DNA of 18,303 nucleotides from Escherichia coli (GTDB lineage Bacteria; Pseudomonadota; Gammaproteobacteria; Enterobacterales; Enterobacteriaceae): NCBI RefSeq assembly GCF_003334815.1, contig NZ_QOWO01000054.1; one strand, 5' to 3'. Shown piece by piece: positions 9,925 to 17,930 of this stretch (position 1 is its first letter; each line of letters starts with the position of its first letter). The notes under the pieces were generated by a model. It saw only the letters and a program-made list of their open reading frames with translations, ran no database searches and was not told where the DNA came from. The position numbers and the translations under genes were made by a program.

Positions 9925-12900
9925 TGCTCTCCATTTCTTCCATTAAAGGTGATGCGGGCTACTACAGTCATGAAGACAACTACTACGCCAGCGGTTCACT
10001 GGACTCCCGCTGGATGGGGGAGGGTGCGGAGAAACTGGGACTGAAGGGGGAAGTCGCCAGCGCCGATATGGATGCTGTGCGTCAGGGTAAACTTCCGGAC
10101 GGTTCAGATCTCTCCCGTATGGTAAATGGTGTGAATAAGCACCGCAGCGGCTACGACCTGACGTTTTCTGCCCCCAAAAGTGTCTCCGTCATGGCGCTGG
10201 TCGGGGAAGACCGACGCTTTATTGAGGCGCATAACCGGGCTGTAGCGGTGGTGATGCAGGAGGTTGAGAAGCTGGTCAGCGCGCGCATTACAGAAGAGGG
10301 GAAAACGGAAACAGTACTTACCGGCAACATGGTGGCCGCACTCTATAACCATGATACGTCCCGTGACCTCGACCCGCAGTTGCATACCCACGCTCTGGTC
10401 TTTAACGCCACGTTTGCTGATGAAAAATGGCGGTCGCTGGCCAGTGATACCCGCATGAAAACGGGGTTCTCCGAGAATCTGTATGCCACCAAGATAGCGC
10501 TGGGAAACCTGTATCGTTCTGCTTTACGTGAAGACGTTGAGTCGATGGGATTTGAAACTGTCGCGGCCGGAAAGAATGGTCTGTGGGAGCTGAAGGATGT
10601 CCCTGTCGATGTTTTTTCCTCACGCAGTCAGACTATCCGGGAGGCCGCCGGCCCGGACGCGTCCGCCAAATCCCGCGACGTTGCCGCGCTCGATACCCGT
10701 CAGGCCAAAGCCTGGGCCGACCCGGAGCTGCTGAAAGCTGACTGGCGCCGGCGGCTGGCCGATGAAAAATTTGATATCGATGGCTACATCAGACAGGCGC
10801 AGGCGCGCGTGGAGGTTCCTGGTGCTGTTGCAGGTAGACATAGCGGTATACATGCACCGGACCTGTCGGGAGGCGCGTCTTTCGGCGAGATTGCTGACGA
10901 GCAGGTGCGGAAAGCTGTCAGCGACACGATTTCGGCGTTGTCGGAGAAAAAGGTCCAGTTCACCTGGTCGGAGATGCTGGCCGGTACGGTCAACCGTCTG
11001 CCTTCCGCACCCGGTCTGTTTGAGCAGGCCCGGGCCGGCATCGATGCCGCGATTGAAGGGCAGCGTCTTATCCCTCTGGACCGTGAGAAGGGGATATTCA
11101 CCTCTGATATCCACCTGCTGAATGAACTCAGCGTCCATCAGCTGGCGCGCACGGCCATTCAGGAACAGACCGTGCTGCTCTTTCCTGAACGGGCACAGGA
11201 ACGCGATATACCGGCAGGTGATGCTGTCTCTGTTCTGACGCAGGACAAAAGCCCGGTGGCCATTCTCAGTGGTCGCGGAGGCGCGCAGGCCCTGCGTGAG
11301 CGCACGGAAGACGTGGCCATGATGGCCCGTTCACAGGGCCGTGAGGTGATGGTGATTGCAGCCGACGGTCGCAGTGGCCAGTTTATGTCAGAAAGTCCGC
11401 ATCTGGCAGGCCATGTGATGCTGCGCTCGCAGATGAACGCTGACACCGTATTGCCGGTGCAGGGAACGGTCATCGTTGACCGCGCGGAGCGGCTGTCGCT
11501 GAAAGAGACGGTGCTGCTGCAGGAAAAGGCGCTCAGTGCCGGGGCACAACTGATATTCATGGATACAGAGAACCGGCAGGGAACGGGGAATGCCCTGTCT
11601 GTGCTGAAAGAAGCCGGTATCCCGCAGTACCGGTTTTATGGCACACAACTGCCGGCGGTGCGACTGGTCAGCGAGGCGGACAAGCGAAGTCGTTATGGCC
11701 AGCTGGCACAGGACTATGTGCGCCTGTCGGCGGAAGGGCGGGATGTCGTGGCCCAGGTGACCGGTGCCCGGGAGCAGCAGCAACTGACGGATGTCATCCG
11801 CGACGCACGTCGTGAAGCCGGGGAGCTGGGCAGGGAGCAGATGACAATCCGGGTGCTGGAGCCTGTGTGGCTGGACAGCAAAACCCGTCATCAGCGCGAT
11901 AATTACCGCGCCGGGATGGTGATGGAGCAGTGGGACGCTGAGAAGAAAATGATGACACGTCACACCATTGACCGTGTGGCTGAGGCCACCAACAGCCTGG
12001 TTCTGCTGGGAGAAGACGGCAGTCGCCTGACGCTGAAGGTCTCGCAGCTTGACGGCAGCTGGAGCCTGTACCGCAGCCGGACGCTGGCAGTTTCAGAGGG
12101 GGACCGCATCAGGGCGCTGGGTCGTGAGCTGAAGGGGGCCATCAAAGCGAAGGAGCAGTTCACGGTGACTGCTCTGGAAAACGGTGCGATACGGTTGCGC
12201 AGTGGTGAGCGGGAGTTGCGCCTGCCCACTGAGCGGGCCGTGAAGCTGGCCCATGATTATGTGGAGGGAACCGGGGCGGGTACCAGCGCATCACGCACGG
12301 TACTGGCCGCGGTCGGGCCACGAGCACTGAATAAACAGGTCCTGAACGCGCTGGCGCAGAGCGGCGGTGAAATCCGGATTTATACGCCACTGGAGGCCGG
12401 GCAGGCTGCGCGTAAAGTAGAGAGCGTGTCTGCCGTCCGGCTTGCCAGTGACCAGCTCCGACAGTCGACCGGCGAGGCAAATCTGGATACCGCCATACAG
12501 GCCAGCCGGGAGCGTCTGATGTCAGATGCAGAGCAGGCGGTGAATCTGGCCATCCCGCGCGCGCAGCAGGGACAGGTCCATCTCAGTGAACTTACCCTGC
12601 TGGCCGAAGCAGTGAAGTCGGGTCAGCGGCTGGCGGATGTCCGGGCTGAAATAACCCGGCAGGTGGACAGCGGGGCGCTGATTAAGCTGGATTCGATTGC
12701 CGGGGTGGGAAACCGCGTCCTGGTACCGCGGGTGGCGTATGAGATGGAAAAGAGCATCATCCGCCATATTGCCGAGGGTAAGGATGCCGTGCAGCCCCTG
12801 ATGGCGCTGACGCCGGCTTCGGTACTGTCAGGGCTGACAGCAGGTCAGCGGGAAGCCACGCGAACGGTACTGGAGAATACCGACCGCTTTATGGCCATTC

Positions 12901-15218
12901 AGGGATATGCAGGCGTAGGGAAAACCACCCAGTTCCGGGCGGTGATGGGGGCCCTGAACACGCTGTCTGAATCCGTGCGCCCGCAGGTTATCGGTCTGGG
13001 ACCCACGCACCGGGCCGTGCATGAGATGCGTGAAGCAGGCGTGGATGCCCGCACACTGGCCAGTTTTCTGAGCGAAACCCGCCAGGCCATTCAGGCCGGG
13101 GAAACGCCGGATTTTCGTAACGTCCTGTTCCTGACTGATGAAAGCTCGATGGTGGGTAACCGCGATATGGCTGAGCTTTATCAGCTGGTTGCTGCAGGGG
13201 GCGGGCGGATGGTCTCCAGTGGGGATACCGCGCAGTTGCAGGCTATTTCCACTGGCCAGCCGTTCCGTCTGGTACAACAGCGCAGTGCCATCGATACGGT
13301 GGTGATGCAGGAGATTGTCCGTCAGACACCTGCGTTGCGTCCGGCGATTGAAAGCATCATCGCAGGTCAGGTGGATACATCCCTGCGCCAGGTGGATGAC
13401 GTCAGCCCACAGCAGGTCCCGCGTCAGGCCGGGGCATGGATACCGGAAAAGTCCGTTATGGAAATCCGCGAGTCGGAGAAAGAGCCGGAGCAGGGCCGGA
13501 CTGCAGCACAGGAGGCTTTGAAGCCGGAGCAGTTGTCACCGGCGCGTACCGACATCATTGCAGCCATCCGGGATGACTGGATGGGGCGTACCCCGGAGGC
13601 ACAGCAGCAGACGCTGATTATGGCAGAGCTCAACGCTGACCGGCATGCCATCAATGAGGCCATTCATGTCGCCCGGCATGAGAAGGGAGATACTGGCGCA
13701 GAAGAACGTACGTTCACCGTGCTGGAGCCGCTCCGGGTGCCGGACAACGCCCTGCGTGCAGCTGAAACCTTTGCGGAGTACACCGGGGCGGTGGCGATGA
13801 TGAATGAACGCTACTGGACGGTAGCAGACGTAAACCCACAGGACGGTGTGGTCACCCTGCGTAATACCGACGGTGAATCGGTTCTGATTTCACCGCAGCA
13901 GAACACTGCTCAGGATATTTCCCTCTTCACCCATCGTGAACTGACCCTCAGCCAGGGAGACCGGGTGCGTTTTACCCGCTCCGATACTGACCGGGGCTAT
14001 GTGGCCAACAGCCTGTGGGAAGTGGCCGGTTTTACGAAGGAAGGAGCCATTCGCTTTCGTCAGGGTGAGCAGGAGAAAATTGTCGACCCGCAGTCCATGA
14101 CGGAGGACCGTCATATTGACCTCGCTTATGCCCTGACGGTGTATGGTGTGCAGGGAGCCAGCGAGCGTTTTGCCATTGCCCTGACCGGCACCGAAGGCGG
14201 CAGGAAGAGAATGGCGTCCCTGGAATCCACCTATGTGACGTTGTCACGTGCAAAGGAGCATGTCCAGGTGTACACGGACAACCTTGAGGACTGGCAGCAA
14301 CAGGTCCGGCAGTCTGACGGCGGCAAAACCGCCCACGACCTGCTGCACGAGAAAAGTGACCGCGAGTCCGACACCGGTAACCGCCTGCTGGCCACCGCCT
14401 CGCGGCTGGATAAAACGGCGCTGGGCCGCCGGGTGCTGGCGGAAAACGGTCTGGAGGGTGAGACGATGGCCCGCTTCATTGCTGCCGGTAAAAAGTACCC
14501 GTCACCGTATGTGGCCCTGCCAGTCTGGACCCGTCACGGGAAAGAGGCAGGGGCGTTGCTGACGGAAATTCGTATTGAGGATGACGGAATGCGCGTGGTG
14601 CTCAGCGAAGAATCCCGGCTGCGTGGCGGAGAAGATGCGCAGTTTGCCGGACTGCAGGCCAGCCGGAATGGTCAGACACTGATAGCTGACAGTGCGGACG
14701 CCGCACTGCGGCTGGCGCAGGAAAACCCGGAGAGTGGGGTGGTGATACGCCTGCACGGCGAAGAGCGCCTGCTCAATGCCGCGCGGCTGACCGGGGGACG
14801 TATCACAGAGCCTGACGAGTTGAGTCGGGCATTGCGTAACGTGGCGGATGCCGAAACGGCGGCAAAAGCGGAAGACCCCATTACGCTGCCTCCGGATGAG
14901 CAGCAGAAGCTGGCGGAGGTGCAGGAGAAAGCCGCCCGTGAACTGGCGGAGCAGGCCCGGCGTGAACTGTTGTCGGTGGCACCACAAAAAGACGAAGACA
15001 AACGTGACTCGTTGTTATCTGCCGATGATGAGCGCCGCCTGCGTGACGGTACAGAACGGGAAAGCCGGGAACTGGATGAGGCTGTCCGGGAAGCGGTTGC
15101 CGGTGGTCGTGGTGCCCGCCAGCAGGTACGTGAACAGATGCAGCGTACTGAACGTGAGTGGGTGGTGAAGATGCCGGAAAAAGAGATAGAGCTGGAAAAG
15201 ACGCTCGGTGGCGACTGA
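9924..15218 (+). CDS. traI: TraI, bifunctional relaxase/DNA helicase I
   Basis: 1764 aa. N-terminal relaxase with a tyrosine cluster (GYYSHEDNYY) and the histidine triad HDTSRDLDPQLHTHALV; helicase Walker A GYAGVGKT. Start overlaps the traD stop as TGATG. Confidence 0.95.
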   Translation: MLSISSIKGDAGYYSHEDNYYASGSLDSRWMGEGAEKLGLKGEVASADMDAVRQGKLPDGSDLSRMVNGVNKHRSGYDLTFSAPKSVSVMALVGEDRRFIEAHNRAVAVVMQEVEKLVSARITEEGKTETVLTGNMVAALYNHDTSRDLDPQLHTHALVFNATFADEKWRSLASDTRMKTGFSENLYATKIALGNLYRSALREDVESMGFETVAAGKNGLWELKDVPVDVFSSRSQTIREAAGPDASAKSRDVAALDTRQAKAWADPELLKADWRRRLADEKFDIDGYIRQAQARVEVPGAVAGRHSGIHAPDLSGGASFGEIADEQVRKAVSDTISALSEKKVQFTWSEMLAGTVNRLPSAPGLFEQARAGIDAAIEGQRLIPLDREKGIFTSDIHLLNELSVHQLARTAIQEQTVLLFPERAQERDIPAGDAVSVLTQDKSPVAILSGRGGAQALRERTEDVAMMARSQGREVMVIAADGRSGQFMSESPHLAGHVMLRSQMNADTVLPVQGTVIVDRAERLSLKETVLLQEKALSAGAQLIFMDTENRQGTGNALSVLKEAGIPQYRFYGTQLPAVRLVSEADKRSRYGQLAQDYVRLSAEGRDVVAQVTGAREQQQLTDVIRDARREAGELGREQMTIRVLEPVWLDSKTRHQRDNYRAGMVMEQWDAEKKMMTRHTIDRVAEATNSLVLLGEDGSRLTLKVSQLDGSWSLYRSRTLAVSEGDRIRALGRELKGAIKAKEQFTVTALENGAIRLRSGERELRLPTERAVKLAHDYVEGTGAGTSASRTVLAAVGPRALNKQVLNALAQSGGEIRIYTPLEAGQAARKVESVSAVRLASDQLRQSTGEANLDTAIQASRERLMSDAEQAVNLAIPRAQQGQVHLSELTLLAEAVKSGQRLADVRAEITRQVDSGALIKLDSIAGVGNRVLVPRVAYEMEKSIIRHIAEGKDAVQPLMALTPASVLSGLTAGQREATRTVLENTDRFMAIQGYAGVGKTTQFRAVMGALNTLSESVRPQVIGLGPTHRAVHEMREAGVDARTLASFLSETRQAIQAGETPDFRNVLFLTDESSMVGNRDMAELYQLVAAGGGRMVSSGDTAQLQAISTGQPFRLVQQRSAIDTVVMQEIVRQTPALRPAIESIIAGQVDTSLRQVDDVSPQQVPRQAGAWIPEKSVMEIRESEKEPEQGRTAAQEALKPEQLSPARTDIIAAIRDDWMGRTPEAQQQTLIMAELNADRHAINEAIHVARHEKGDTGAEERTFTVLEPLRVPDNALRAAETFAEYTGAVAMMNERYWTVADVNPQDGVVTLRNTDGESVLISPQQNTAQDISLFTHRELTLSQGDRVRFTRSDTDRGYVANSLWEVAGFTKEGAIRFRQGEQEKIVDPQSMTEDRHIDLAYALTVYGVQGASERFAIALTGTEGGRKRMASLESTYVTLSRAKEHVQVYTDNLEDWQQQVRQSDGGKTAHDLLHEKSDRESDTGNRLLATASRLDKTALGRRVLAENGLEGETMARFIAAGKKYPSPYVALPVWTRHGKEAGALLTEIRIEDDGMRVVLSEESRLRGGEDAQFAGLQASRNGQTLIADSADAALRLAQENPESGVVIRLHGEERLLNAARLTGGRITEPDELSRALRNVADAETAAKAEDPITLPPDEQQKLAEVQEKAARELAEQARRELLSVAPQKDEDKRDSLLSADDERRLRDGTERESRELDEAVREAVAGGRGARQQVREQMQRTEREWVVKMPEKEIELEKTLGGD

Positions 15219-15235
15219 GTCAGGGAGAGGAACGT

Positions 15236-15802
15236 ATGTTTATTGCATTCATTATTATTGTCATTCTTCTGGGCGGGTTTGTGCTCCTGCTCCGTCAGGC
15301 CGGTCGTGCAGCGCATCCACTTCTGCAGTCATTGCGGTCAAGGGGTATACGGCCTGGTGCAGCAGAGCTGTTGCTGTGCAGCAGGCCATCATTTGTCAGT
15401 GCCGGCCGGTTAATGACCGAACGGGAGCAGCGCTTTCTGCGCCGGCTGGACAGGGTGACAGATACCCGCCAGTGGCGGTTATGTCCGCAGGTTCGTGTGG
15501 CCGATATCGTCAGAGTGGCGCCCGACCGGAAGTCCGGCAGCCGTGAATGGTGGCAGTTATTTCGCCTGGTGTCACAGTGGCACTGCGATGTGGTTATCAC
15601 GGACCGTGCCGGGCGCATCATTGCAGCGGTTGAGCTGGACGACCGGTCTCATCAGGAACCGAAACGTCAGCGGCGTGACCTGCTGCTGGAAGAGGTGCTG
15701 AAACAGGCGGGTATCCCGCTGTTGCGTGGCGATAATGAACAGCAACTGGCGGCGCGTGTCAGGGCGCACCTTTGCGCACAGCGTCCGGAGGCCGCAGCAT
15801 GA
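15236..15802 (+). CDS. Membrane-anchored DUF2726-like protein (PD-(D/E)xK nuclease-fold superfamily), function unknown
   Basis: 188 aa from the ATG at 15236 with RBS GGGAGAGG. N-terminal hydrophobic helix MFIAFIIIVILLGGFVLLL, then a conserved core LCPQVRVADIV...WWQLFRLVSQWHCDVVITD...IAAVELDDRSH. Starts 17 nt after the traI stop and overlaps the traX start as ATGA. Paralogous to the ORF at 17931. The family name is from memory. Confidence 0.6.
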   Translation: MFIAFIIIVILLGGFVLLLRQAGRAAHPLLQSLRSRGIRPGAAELLLCSRPSFVSAGRLMTEREQRFLRRLDRVTDTRQWRLCPQVRVADIVRVAPDRKSGSREWWQLFRLVSQWHCDVVITDRAGRIIAAVELDDRSHQEPKRQRRDLLLEEVLKQAGIPLLRGDNEQQLAARVRAHLCAQRPEAAA

Positions 15803-16530
15803 ATCAGGGGAAATCCGTTGCTGTGCAACCTGTCAGGCCGGTCCTGAATTTCTCCGCGCTGCAGCGCGATGTCATCCGGATGGTGGCGTTTGTGGCGATG
15901 GTGGGGGACCACATAGCTACTGCCTTTCAGCTGGATATGCCCTTACTGAACATGGTCGGGCGCTGTGCTTTCCCCCTGTTTGTGCTGGTCTGTGGCTGCA
16001 ACATGGCGGGTAAAACCTTACGTCAGCACAGCCTGAACCGCCTGTGGCTGATGGCGCTTCTGGCCCAGCCGGGTTACTGGCTGGCCTTCCGGGATGTCGG
16101 TCTTGCGTGGTGGCAACTGAATATCCTGTTCACCTTTGCTGTTGTCATGCAGGTGGCTCTTTTCCTGCAGTCTGCTACTGCCCGTAATGGTGTTGCGGCC
16201 TTCACGGCACTGATGGGGTATATACCATTCAGTTCTGCCAGTTACGGCATCCCCGGTCTGCTGATGCTTGCCGGAGCGCTGCTGGTCTGGCAGGTCAGGG
16301 ACACGCTGCGTCCCGCCCTGTTTGCTGTCTGGCTGTTGCTGGTTGCCCTGCTTAATGCCCGACACGGTGATGTGATGATGTTTTCCGGCGTGATTCTGAC
16401 GCTGACGGTGCTGTTCTGTGTCCACGGGCTGGTACCGGCTTCCGGACGACGTCTGCAGGCAGGACGCTGGTTTGCGCCAGCGTATGCCATTCATCTGTTT
16501 TTTATTGGCTTTCTGGTCAGAGTTCTCTGA
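15799..16530 (+). CDS. traX: TraX, F-pilin N-acetylase (polytopic membrane protein)
   Basis: 243 aa from the ATG at 15799 with GGAGG upstream. Similar to F TraX (QRDVIRMVAFVAMVGDHIATAFQL vs F QRDIIKTVALVLMVLDHINLIFQL). The track ORF has a 9-codon upstream extension. Confidence 0.85.
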   Translation: MNQGKSVAVQPVRPVLNFSALQRDVIRMVAFVAMVGDHIATAFQLDMPLLNMVGRCAFPLFVLVCGCNMAGKTLRQHSLNRLWLMALLAQPGYWLAFRDVGLAWWQLNILFTFAVVMQVALFLQSATARNGVAAFTALMGYIPFSSASYGIPGLLMLAGALLVWQVRDTLRPALFAVWLLLVALLNARHGDVMMFSGVILTLTVLFCVHGLVPASGRRLQAGRWFAPAYAIHLFFIGFLVRVL

Positions 16531-16589
16531 CCGTTCCTGACTCCGATACAGTGGTCTGGTGCTTTAGTATTACTGAACAGCAAAAAAAT

Positions 16590-16614
16590 GCCTCCCTCAG
16601 AGATGAAGGGAGGC
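16590..16614 (-). terminator. Intrinsic terminator-like hairpin oriented for minus-strand transcription
   Basis: gcctccct-cagagatga-agggaggc, an 8-bp GC-rich stem with a 9-nt loop. A run of seven A precedes it on the plus strand, which is a U-run after the hairpin on the minus strand. No U-run follows on the plus strand. Confidence 0.4.
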
Positions 16615-16719
16615 GGAAGAATAAGGCTTGTCTGATGAAACAACTCCCATGCCCGTTGGAAGTCGGATTACGGTTATTTTTTAACATATTTAGCAGGCGG
16701 AATTAAAGAGGAGAGAGGA

Positions 16720-16932
16720 ATGAATGGATTCAGAAACAGTTCACGGAACGGTCAGGTCTGGCGTTACCAGCGTGCCGGCGGGCGGGCCGTTATTCTGGAG
16801 GTCAGTGGACGCTGGATGGAAGCGGCAGAAGCATGGCGACGGGCTGCCTGCATAGCTCCCCGGACAGACTGGCAGCAGTTTGCCCGGAAAAGGGCTGAAC
16901 ACTGCCACCGGCGCTGCCGGGGAAGGGTGTAA
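16720..16932 (+). CDS. Small basic W/R-rich protein, possibly an ANR-family-like regulator; identity uncertain
   Basis: 70 aa with a strong RBS (AGAGGAGAGAGG) before the ATG at 16720. Helix-like motif GRWMEAAEAWRRAA...DWQQFARKRAEHC. GC-rich relative to its AT-rich surroundings. Confidence 0.45.
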   Translation: MNGFRNSSRNGQVWRYQRAGGRAVILEVSGRWMEAAEAWRRAACIAPRTDWQQFARKRAEHCHRRCRGRV

Positions 16933-16941
16933 CGAAAAAAG

Positions 16942-16973
16942 CAGCCTTCATTACACCAGAAGTCAGAAGGCTG
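16942..16973 (-). terminator. Second terminator-like hairpin oriented for minus-strand transcription
   Basis: cagccttc-(16-nt loop)-gaaggctg with AAAAAA immediately upstream on the plus strand, which is a U-run after the hairpin on the minus strand. Sits right at the stop codon of the 70-aa ORF. Confidence 0.35.
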
Positions 16974-17076
16974 AAAGGAGTTTATGAGATTTGCTTTTTT
17001 TAATATCCGGTCGGGCAGTATGACCGGACAGTTCTGAGTAGCACAGAGTTTTTTCCGTATTAAGTCGTGATTTTAT

Positions 17077-17100
17077 ATTTTGTGATTTATTTCACAAAAT
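17077..17100. promoter_or_regulatory. Perfect CRP-type palindrome (TGTGA-N6-TCACA) upstream of the nuclease gene
   Basis: ATTTTGTGA-TTTATT-TCACAAAAT; both half-sites match the CRP consensus and the flanks are AT-rich and symmetric. Centred about 90 bp upstream of the nuc start codon. Confidence 0.4.
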
Positions 17101-17177
17101 AAGGTGTTATTCATTGTGTGCTGCAATGTTCAGGATGCCTGAAATACAGGTGCCATTTATCTGATATGGAGAATAAC

Positions 17178-17639
17178 ATGATGAAATATATTCCGCTGGT
17201 ATTATTTATCTTTTCATGGCCGGTATTGTCTGCAGATATTCATGGACGGGTTGTTCGTGTACTGGACGGTGATACCATCGAGGTAATGGACTCACGGAAG
17301 GCGGTGCGGATCAGGCTGGTAAATATTGATGCACCGGAAAAGAAACAGGATTATGGCCGGTGGTCAACAGACATGATGAAATCACTGGTCGCAGGAAAAA
17401 CGGTTACCGTCACATATTTTCAGCGAGATCGTTATGGTCGTATTCTCGGGCAGGTTTATGCACCAGACGGAATGAATATTAATCAGTTTATGGTTCGGGC
17501 CGGGGCTGCCTGGGTATATGAGCAGTACAACACAGATCCCGTGCTGCCTGTCCTTCAGAACGAAGCCAGACAACAAAAACGTGGGCTCTGGTCAGATGCT
17601 GATCCGGTTCCACCCTGGATATGGAGACACCGTAAATAA
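17178..17639 (+). CDS. nuc: Secreted thermonuclease (staphylococcal nuclease, SNase-fold family)
   Basis: 153 aa from the ATG at 17178 with RBS GGAGA. Signal peptide MMKYIPLVLFIFSWPVLSA; SNase motifs RLVNIDAPE, DRYGRILGQVY and GLW. The track ORF start at 17118 is an upstream extension. Confidence 0.85.
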   Translation: MMKYIPLVLFIFSWPVLSADIHGRVVRVLDGDTIEVMDSRKAVRIRLVNIDAPEKKQDYGRWSTDMMKSLVAGKTVTVTYFQRDRYGRILGQVYAPDGMNINQFMVRAGAAWVYEQYNTDPVLPVLQNEARQQKRGLWSDADPVPPWIWRHRK

Positions 17640-17684
17640 AGCGATGGCAATCTTATCATTCATCTGTTCTCAGCAGGAATAAAA

Positions 17685-17893
17685 ATGGCAAAAACAAAAC
17701 AGGAATGGCTGTATCAGTTACGGCGATGTTCATCAGTCAATACGCTGGAAAAATTATTCATAAAAACAGAGACAGTTTATCGAACAGTGAACGTGAATCA
17801 TTTAATTCAGCAGCAGACCACCGGTTAGCGGAGTTAATCACCGGAAAGTTATATGACAGGATACCAAAAGAGATATGGAAATATATAAGGTAA
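17685..17893 (+). pseudogene. hha: hha/ymoA/rmoA-family H-NS co-regulator gene, interrupted by a -1 frameshift in an A5 homopolymer
   Basis: Frame from the ATG at 17685 gives MAKTKQEWLYQLRRCSSVNTLEKLFIK (Hha N-terminus ...[20 protein letters not shown]). The -1 frame continues [42 protein letters not shown] (Hha ...[30 protein letters not shown]). The switch is at AAAAA 17762..17766; one extra A would restore a 69-aa ORF. Confidence 0.75.
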
Positions 17894-17930
17894 TAATTCA
17901 GCATAATTAATTGCCAGGAGCAGATAAATA

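Noticed and set aside
10104-15316. Numerous minus-strand ORFs inside traI (for example 10620..11138, 11388..11963, 14672..15316)
   Set aside because: Embedded antisense in a long, well-conserved GC-rich gene; Ser/Arg/Pro-rich translations without motifs.
15158-15802. Longer 5' extensions offered by the ORF track for several genes (P1 from 15158, traX from 15772, nuc from 17118, merR from 6908, merT to 7037, merP to 6655, merE to 3961, tniA to 2772)
   Set aside because: The extensions overlap upstream genes or lack an RBS, while internal starts match known protein N-termini and carry Shine-Dalgarno sequences.
17755-17775. Programmed -1 ribosomal frameshift or transcriptional slippage at the A-run in the hha-like gene
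   Set aside because: The A-run has only five A, there is no canonical X XXY YYZ heptamer in the zero frame, and I see no stimulatory hairpin or pseudoknot downstream. A simple indel or homopolymer sequencing error is more parsimonious.
17705-17893. Treating the 62-aa track ORF at 17705 as an independent gene
   Set aside because: Its N-terminal part has no homology, whereas the overlapping frame from 17685 supplies the Hha-like N-terminus. It is better explained as the downstream half of a frameshifted hha gene.
16531-17930. finO immediately downstream of traX
   Set aside because: No ORF in any frame resembles FinO in this interval; the ORFs present are an unrelated 70-aa protein, nuc and hha-like.
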